DNA from: Tubiluchus corallicola
Lineage: Eukaryota; Animalia; Priapulida
Direction: 5' to 3'
Assembly (NCBI GenBank): GCA_030141605.1
Contig: JAQGDQ010001050.1
Location: 3,720-67,719, forward strand
Length of the DNA: 64,000 nt
Position 1 is the stretch's first letter. The number at the start of each line of letters is the position of its first letter. This document shows, piece by piece, positions 56,389 to 64,000 of this stretch. Made by a program: the position numbers and the translations under genes. The notes under the pieces are model-generated. The model saw nothing but the letters and a program-made list of their open reading frames with translations, did no database searches and was not told where the DNA came from.

Positions 56389-59300
56389 TCACACCTTGAC
56401 TGGAGGTAAAGGAGGCAAGAGACTGGAAAGCGGATCGTTCCCGGAAAGCACCTGAATCCGTTTCCGCAACATCATCAGATCACCACGTAGCTGCTCCAAA
56501 CTAAAAAAAAACTCCAGATGAAATTTAGAATGACAACATAGTGAATGTTCACAAGTTTCAGCAAGTGTTGAGTGGTGTTTACATCGCATCCGAATGCAGA
56601 TGCAGAATAGATAAAATCAGTTTATATTATCTTATTTTAAGTACCTGAAGCAAAAATATTGAGTCAATTATACGGAGTTATTTGAGTCAATTGCCGACAG
56701 TTTTTATGTACGTTTGTATAGAAGCGGCCAGTACTAAACGTCTTTGACTCAAGTAGGCAACTGATTCTATGTAATAAATGGCGCCTACTGTAGTAATAAT
56801 AGCAGCGTACAAATCTTTTTAGATTAGTTTATACAATTAAGATACAAACAAATAATACATGCAAAATTATCAAATAAATAAAAATAGATTCAAGGCTTAC
56901 AGAAGTATTTTATACCTGCTAGCACGAAGAACTTCTACCCAGTTACAACACTGCTGTTCTGAATTGCATGAAAAATAATGTTTCTTATCTTCCTCGCCGT
57001 CAAATGCTGCATGGAAAAAAATCTGCATAAACAAGCTGAGCAAAATGAATTCTCGTGTGTCCTCTATTGACACGCTTACTCAAGCATGTACATTACTCAA
57101 GCATGTCCACCATGTGTCGGTTCAACTGACGTAGCCGGTACGACAGTCAAGCCGTGAGAAACAGAAAAATATCTTGACCATATTATTTCCAATCACTATA
57201 AGAATGATCTGGATATTTAGTACATGAAAGAGCCAGCTTCTAGGAATCACCACAATCGTCACTCCGTAAACATGGTGACCTGGATCTTATCAGGCAACGG
57301 AGTCTTTTTTACGCTATTCTTGGAAACTTTCGTTATTGTTCACTTAATGTTAAAACTCATCTGTTCAACTCTTATTGCAATTCCTTCTACGGTATGGCCA
57401 CCTGGCGGCATTTTTATGACTACAGTCTCAGCAAGCTTAAAGTAGCTCACAATATTTCTATATGCAAATTTTTCAATTATCCATATGCATATGACTATAG
57501 TTCCAGGACCATTTCAGTAGACCACGATGTTTTATGCTTTGATGTAATACATAGGAAAACTGCATACAGTTTATACAGTAGAGTAATGCAAAGCTCAAAT
57601 TGTCTTATAAAAGCACTGAATCGCAGAGACACATTTTACACTTCAGACATAAGAGACCAAGGGAGGAAAGTATTATGTAGAAATTATGAGTGACGATTCA
57701 GGCTGGAAGTATGGCATTGTGCATGTATATATTTTGCACTGTTATTTTATTTACACATGTATTAACTTGCATATTTTGGGATAGAGAGTCTATAATGATT
57801 GTATGTCTTGCATGGTATGTATTCTATGAACGTAGTTCGAAATAAAGAGTTAAATTTAATCAAAATCAAATCAAGTGCCACGTATTTTAGCCGTCGCTTT
57901 TCGGAAAATTTAAACCACAGTTTCAGTACTACAGCCACAACAATGTTGTAGCTTATTTGTGTAACTACACATCAACTAAAGCTTAAACCATGCTCAGGAA
58001 AAGACAGAGTTTCCGTTCAACAATAAAAAAACTACGATATTTAGCCTCCGAAACAAACAGTTTTATAGTTAGTTAAGAATTGCTACATTTAGTCTGAATA
58101 CTATCCTCACGGCATATTTTAAGACTGTAATTTAGAAAGAAAACAACTACTCGATTTAGAACTGTTTATACACAATGAGTATAATAGTTTGTAACTTCAT
58201 ACCTATAGAAAATTGATAAGTGTCATTCGTGGCAGGTTCCTGTTTAGCAAAGCATCTTTCCAACACAATAACACCGGACGGCTAAAAATATACATCTCCT
58301 TTAATAATGCATTCAGACAGTGGTGGCTCGGGTACTGTGGAACTGCAGCACCCCCTATTTCCATCCGATATTATCGATAACTTTCAATATAATCAGTCCT
58401 TTGTCTTTAGTTCTTTCTTTATACATGTACGTAACCAGAGCACACGAGGTTAGTACTGTTTGCTTCATAGTTAGTTAACGGTGAAAAACACACAGATCAC
58501 GGTTTCACGGACACTTAGAAAAGCTTTTATAACTCCTGTAGTAAATGTCTCGAAATATTCTTTCCATTAACGTCCGCAATTAATTGAATAGTGCGTATAA
58601 TTCACAAAATTTCTCTCCGGAGGTTTGGAGAATTATGTTTCAAGTTGAACGTTAATTGCTATTTGCAATTTAAAGCTTCAGCATCATCAGCGAATACAGT
58701 ACAGTTTTTCTCGGATTTTTTAATATAAAATATAAAAGTGCTTACATATTCAGCATAATATTTAAAGTTGACATTCAGCACTGCATTGTATTGTATTCTA
58801 AAGTGCATTATATGCCGCAATATTCTGTTAACTGCAATGCATCACAGCAGCTGCAGTATGTTCTATTATTGTAACATATCCTATAAGCTGCGATATTTCT
58901 AGAAACTGCAACCTTGAACAAACTACAATATACAAGCTGCACTATATTCCATTAATTGTTAACGTATCCTCAATAAATTCACAAATACGGTGTTTAGAAA
59001 TGTTTAAAGGGTATTACAATGGGTTTGAAAAATTCTAATAATAAAATATCTAACTAACTACCTTGCTTAACAGAAATAATTAATGCCGCCAATGCAACGA
59101 AATGCAAAACATAATTGTTATACTTAAAAAAACAGCATCTTTACAGCAGGTTTAATATTAGATTTAATGATGCTTCTAGAATGTGAAGCACTAATTTTTC
59201 TTAATAAACTTACAAAGTACGACTGAGTTAAACTTCAACCTACCTCTGTATCTGCAATGGCACCAAATTCATTAGTTCGAAAATAGAACAGTAGATTTCC

Positions 59301-61172
59301 TCTGAGTTTAAACCACTTTTCTTTGTAGCCTTGAGAATAAAACAAAAGTGAGAAAGATTGGATTTAGGCAAGTTAAGCACCCCTCTCTTCCTCCCCTCTC
59401 TCTCTCTCTTTCTCTCTCTCTTCCCCCTCTCTCTCTCTCTCCTACCCCTCCCTCTCTTTCTCTCTCTTCCTTCCTCTCTCTCTTCCTCTCCCTCTCTCTC
59501 CCTTCCTCCCCCTCTCTCTGTCTTTCTCCACTCTCTCTCTCTTTCTCCCTCTCTCCCTCTTCCTCCCCCTAGAGCTCTCTCTCTCTATTTCTCTCTGTTT
59601 TCCTTCCTCTCTCTCTTTCTCTCTCTCTGTTTTCCTTGCTCTCTCTCTGTTTTCTTTCCTCTCTCTTTCTCTCTCTCCCTTCCCCTTGCTCTCTCTTGCA
59701 CTCTCACTCTCTCTCCCTTCCTCCCTCTCTCTCTTGCTCCCCCCTAAAGCTCTCTCTCTCTGTTTTCCTTCCTCTACCTCTCTCTCCCTTCCCCCCTCTC
59801 TCTCTTCCTCCTCCCTAAAGCTCTCTCTCTCTGTTTCTCTCTGTTTTCCTTCCTCTCTCTCTCTCCCTTCCTTCCCCTTGCTCTCTCTTGCACTCTCACT
59901 CTCTCTCCCTTCCTCCCCCCTCTCTCTCTGTCTTTCTCCACTCTCTCTCTCTTCCTCCCCCTAGAGCTCTCTCTCTCTATTTCTCTCTGTTTTCCTTCCT
60001 CTCTCTCTCTCTCTCTCTCTGTTTTCTTTCCTCTCTCTCTCTCTCTCTCCCTTCCCCTTGCTCTCTCTTGCACTCTCACTCTCTCTCCCTTCCTCCCTCT
60101 CTCTTTTTCTTCCCCCCTCTCTCTCCCTCTCAAAAGTTTTGCAGGCAATGCACAGTAAGAAAGATTGGCAGTGAGAGAACAGGCAGTGGAAAAATCAACC
60201 AATGTTTTATTTAGAACGGTCAAGTGGATCCCAGAACATTGCAAGGAATTAGAATCAAATTAAAATAAACAATAATTTAAAGAACCCGAAATTTATCTTA
60301 GTGCAAATTTGCAAAAATTATTTCTTAGGCCAGAGGTCATGCTACAATGTAGGCTAGGCATAATTTTTTTTGGAAAAAACTTTTCTTCAAATCTCCATCA
60401 GTGTCCCAGTACCACAAACTTGCTTATAACATTTTAGCAATTAATTATAATAACTAAGATCCATAATAACAGAATTCATTCACTGGAATTGTTCAGATTA
60501 CAATATTAGGAAAGTATTAAAAATGACAAACTTTTCCACATGCACACATTACTTACAAAAGAACAAGGACTTTTCCTAAAATTCAGGACAGAACCAGGAT
60601 AAATTTTGCCAGAGTTATACACATATGTATATAAATATAAAAATATATAAAAAATTTATATTGTATTATGCATTTAACCCTTTTACATCTCTGTACAAAC
60701 TGGTAAGATAAAACCGTCTCTCATAAAATTAACTAGAGCTTTATTTAAGGTTTCTTCTTTTTTTTAAAAATATGCCGTTTTTGGTACATGTATTAAGAAC
60801 GTAACTATAATTGATCGTGTTGTATATATATACTCTTATATCATGATACAGTGCAGAACAATCAGCCTGCAAATAGAGGCCTTGCATGTATATGTATATA
60901 GTATATGATTTGTCATCATCATCATCTGTCGCAGTTCTATTCGCTCTATTCACTGCCCTGTTTTTTTCACACAATATTTACATTTTACGTGACAAATGTA
61001 AGACGCCCATTATATGATTAATATGACTTGCACTTGCTGGTTTACAAAAGGTATCACACATCAACACAGTTGGCTTACCTTTTGCACCTAGACGCTTGTA
61101 ATATAAACGTCCTTCTTTGTCTGCTTTGGAAAATGCTGCAATATCGCACAAGTCTTTTTCATTGAAGCGCAT
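56389..61172 (-). CDS. PLEKHJ1: Pleckstrin homology domain-containing family J member 1, 153 aa
   Basis: Minus-strand exons: 61172-61079 (MRFNEKDL...), 59329-59244 (YKEKWFKLRGNLLFYFRT), 58281-58203 (PSGVIVLERC...QFSI), 57006-56916 (EDKKHYFSCNSEQQCCNWVEVLRAS), 56500-56389 (LEQLRGDL...SGNDPL...KV*). GT-AG introns, phases consistent, 462 nt. PH-domain pattern; N-terminus resembles MRYNEKEL of PLEKHJ1. Confidence 0.9.
57160..57872 (+). mobile_element. Degraded non-LTR retrotransposon ORF2 C-terminus and tail in PLEKHJ1 intron 3
   Basis: EKYLDHII...DLDI / IRQRSLFY...FRYCSLNVKTHLFNSYCNSFYGMATW...KLKVAHN...RK...SSNCLI pattern, then AATAAA and an (AATCA)n tail. Clade assignment uncertain. Confidence 0.65.
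59380..60131. repeat. ~750-bp CT/GA polypyrimidine-polypurine tract with ~180-190-bp higher-order repeats
   Basis: Almost pure C/T on the + strand; CTCTCTCTTGCACTCTCACTCTCTC recurs at ~59690, 59881, 60061. Confidence 0.95.
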
Positions 61173-62669
61173 TCCCGGGTTGTTACGCTAAAGAAAGCAC
61201 CTCTTTCACAATCTGGGCGGATACAACACGGCACCTAAAATGGTAAATATCATAATATAATACATTAGAGTAGCTCAAATTACACTTCCGAGAAGTTTTT
61301 TAACAACGAAAGTCATATAGTATGCATCGATTACAGGGTTTGAAGATAGAGTGACCATTGACCACCCGTCCAAATTTTACTGGATCCATTTCACTTCCTT
61401 GCAATGAAGTGGCTTAAAGTAACAATAATAAATCTATTTATGAATAATATTTGAAAATTTACTAGACGAAGAAACACTTCTTACCAGGTGGAAACATGTG
61501 TAAACGTTGCCTTTTCAATAACAATAACACACGATACAACACTAGTTACTGAAGCGATAAGTTCAGCGTCGGCAGTGCCATCTGTGAGCGGATTTATTTC
61601 AATTCAATTTTATTGCACAAATCTTCAATTATAAGAGTATATGGGCAAATTCTATATCTCTATTAAGGACACATTATTAAAAAAAAACACGAGTGAAAAT
61701 CAGAATTTCAGAGTGCTTATCATGGATTATGAAAACGTTTTTTACTGCTGCAGATTTGCAAAAGAAAATTAATGGCAAAATACACTAATTTAACAGTGAG
61801 CGCCTTTAAAAAATTTATGTTTTCGTACTTAGAACCTTGTGCTAACTAAAGATATCTCACTTCTCAAACAAAATGTTCTCTTAAGATGGACTTGGCAGCT
61901 TATTTCTAGGACTCCAGCTGTTTTTGTGTTACTATCCCTATCCAGTCTTTACACCCAGCATTTTGTTATGTTTTACAAAGAATGCACCTTCTATATTAAA
62001 GGAAAGTGGTGTTAACAAGACCCTGGCATAGCAATGTCTAATTTTTTACTGCGTTACTGCTATGTTTACCTGTTTTGAGGGCAAATTTCGTTTTCCTGCC
62101 CAATATAGCTAATTGGCTTATGATGGTGACTGGCAATGTCGGGTAAAGATTTCTACGATAGTTGCAGACTATATGTAACAGAGATGACATTATATTTTTT
62201 TTTGAAAAGCAATAGAACATTTAATTCTTGAAACAAGCTGACATGTGATTTAGAAGAACTGTGAAATACAGGATAAAACAATAATGTAATAATAATAGTT
62301 ACATTATCTCTTTCTCTTAATTCTCACTTAACACAGAAATGAGTTGAAACAAAATTCTTAATCAAGCATTTTTGTAACAGAATAGTTGAACGAGGGTTAT
62401 ATCACTGATGTCAACTAAGTTTTATCACACTGATGTTAAATCCATGTTATGCTGGCAAATTTTTTATAATACAAAATGGCAGCATTTAATACTAGCATTC
62501 ACTATTTTAAAAAAGTCATGCTTATGGACTAACACCTAAAAAATTGCATCAGAATGAAAATTTGTTAGAAATTTTGGTTTTTTGGCAGAGAGTTAGAGAA
62601 ATGTTTCATTTCTCTTAGTTTAGAAGAGAAGCATTGTGTAGTAGTTTGCCTTCATTTATTGTAACATTA

Positions 62670-62769
62670 CTACGGCCAAATCACGTTGAAAACACCGGGT
62701 CTCGTCTGATCAATGCCTGGTTAGTGCTTGGATGGGTGACCTCCTAGGAATACCAGGTGCAGTAGGCTT
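62670..62769 (+). pseudogene. 5S rRNA pseudogene (or 5S-derived SINE head) with ~20-nt internal deletion
   Basis: CTACGGCCAAATCACGTTGAAAACACCGGGTCTCGTCTGATCA...GCCTGGTTAGTGCTTGGATGGGTGACCTCCTAGGAATACCAGGTGCAGTAGGCTT follows metazoan 5S; the GAAGTTAAGC box-A segment is missing. Confidence 0.88.
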
Positions 62770-64000
62770 GCCGGATGTCCACACTGTATCTCGACACTAG
62801 GCAGAGGAGCTGCACAAGCTTATAAAGCTACAAGTTTATAGACAGAGCATAATGGATGACGTCAGAACAATGGCTTTGCATCAGCAGTTTTCCAAGCGAA
62901 AATTGCCAAAAATAGAACATCTAACTAATTCGTCAGTACTCCTTTTGGTGGACATGTCCTAAAATATAGCCCACACCATCGTGTAGCCCTGTTTTTCCGC
63001 TTTCTAAAGAGCTACATATCTCCTTCCGACAGTCCCACCAGGCGCCGCTAAAACATTTTTTCCGCTGTTTCGTCAAAATTTCGAAAAAAATCCGTGTCGG
63101 AGAGTTGTGTCCGGGAAAACGCCCGTTGACCTCTCGCAAATTCTAAATACACCTATGACACACACCGATTAACGGGCTATCTATCCATAGCCAGCACCAC
63201 CCATGGCCCGTTCCCGAGTTCCAGATTTCAGACGTATAACTTTTGCAAAAAACGGCCGAAAATGGCCATTTTGGAGGTATGAGCAACTGCGTGTGCCGTT
63301 TTCAAGAATCATCACTTTTCCTGGGAATAATTGATGCAGAAATTGTCCCTTGTCTTCTTTTTTTACATGCACAGCTTCCTTAAAATTCTTGGTCAATTTT
63401 CTGCACAAAAGTCACTTACATTTAACCATCGAACTTGAATCTTTTTTGTGCAATTGCATGCATAAGATTTATACAATCTACAACTCAGTTTGCATGCACA
63501 TATGTTAGCTTCGAAACAGAGAACATAGGTTATTAACTGCATGTGTGTGAGGGTGTGTGTTTGTGGAGAGGGGGAAGGCGAACTGCCAAGGTATCAATAT
63601 TCTTCTATCTGGCTTTAGCTTTTAGGATCACTGTCTGGCACTGGCTTTTAGGAATAAGTTTGCAAACTATAAATAATGATCCACCACAGTTGAAATATGA
63701 CAGGAAGCTGTGCAATCGATTTTATAACTTGGGCATAGAACCATCTTGTTGCAATATCTTTGCTTGCTGGGAAGAAAAAAAACAACATCAGCACTACTAA
63801 CTATTTATTCACTAACAAATGCTGTAAGCATATCAATATAAGGACATACAAAGTTCGATAATTGTGATTATACCAAGTTATTTGGTAGAAAAGTTGGAAT
63901 AATAGTGTCTCATTATAATGGCATAATGCAGAAGTCAGGTTCATTTTGTCATTGTTACATTTCTCTTGCAGTGTTTATTTTGGAGCGCATTGTAAAATAT

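Noticed and set aside
59348-60244. Leu/Ser/Pro and Arg/Glu-rich ORFs
   Set aside because: CT/GA low-complexity tract in a PLEKHJ1 intron.

Overview
This is AT-rich, intron- and repeat-rich animal (invertebrate-like) genomic DNA, not prokaryotic. Three spliced genes can be rebuilt by hand with consistent intron phases. DAZAP2 is on the minus strand (4 coding exons, ~151 aa). Head-to-head with it is a complete Cullin-1 on the plus strand (20 coding exons, 778 aa), and convergent with CUL1 is PLEKHJ1 on the minus strand (5 coding exons, 153 aa). Introns and flanks hold MITEs (hAT-, Tc1/mariner-, piggyBac- and Harbinger-like), a non-autonomous Helitron family, LINE fragments, a tRNA-derived SINE, an internally deleted 5S rRNA copy and many minisatellites. 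The most striking feature is a ~2.3 kb array of ~80 tandem copies of the CUL1 exon-19 end plus its 5' splice site; the first nine extra donors are in frame, next to the neddylation region. Also notable are a U12-type CUL1 intron, other arrays seeded on element junctions, chimeric MITEs sharing one core, and minimal hammerhead-ribozyme-like motifs including a U3-A8 variant. Gene names rest on my recall of the human orthologues; no database search was run, and repeat boundaries are approximate.
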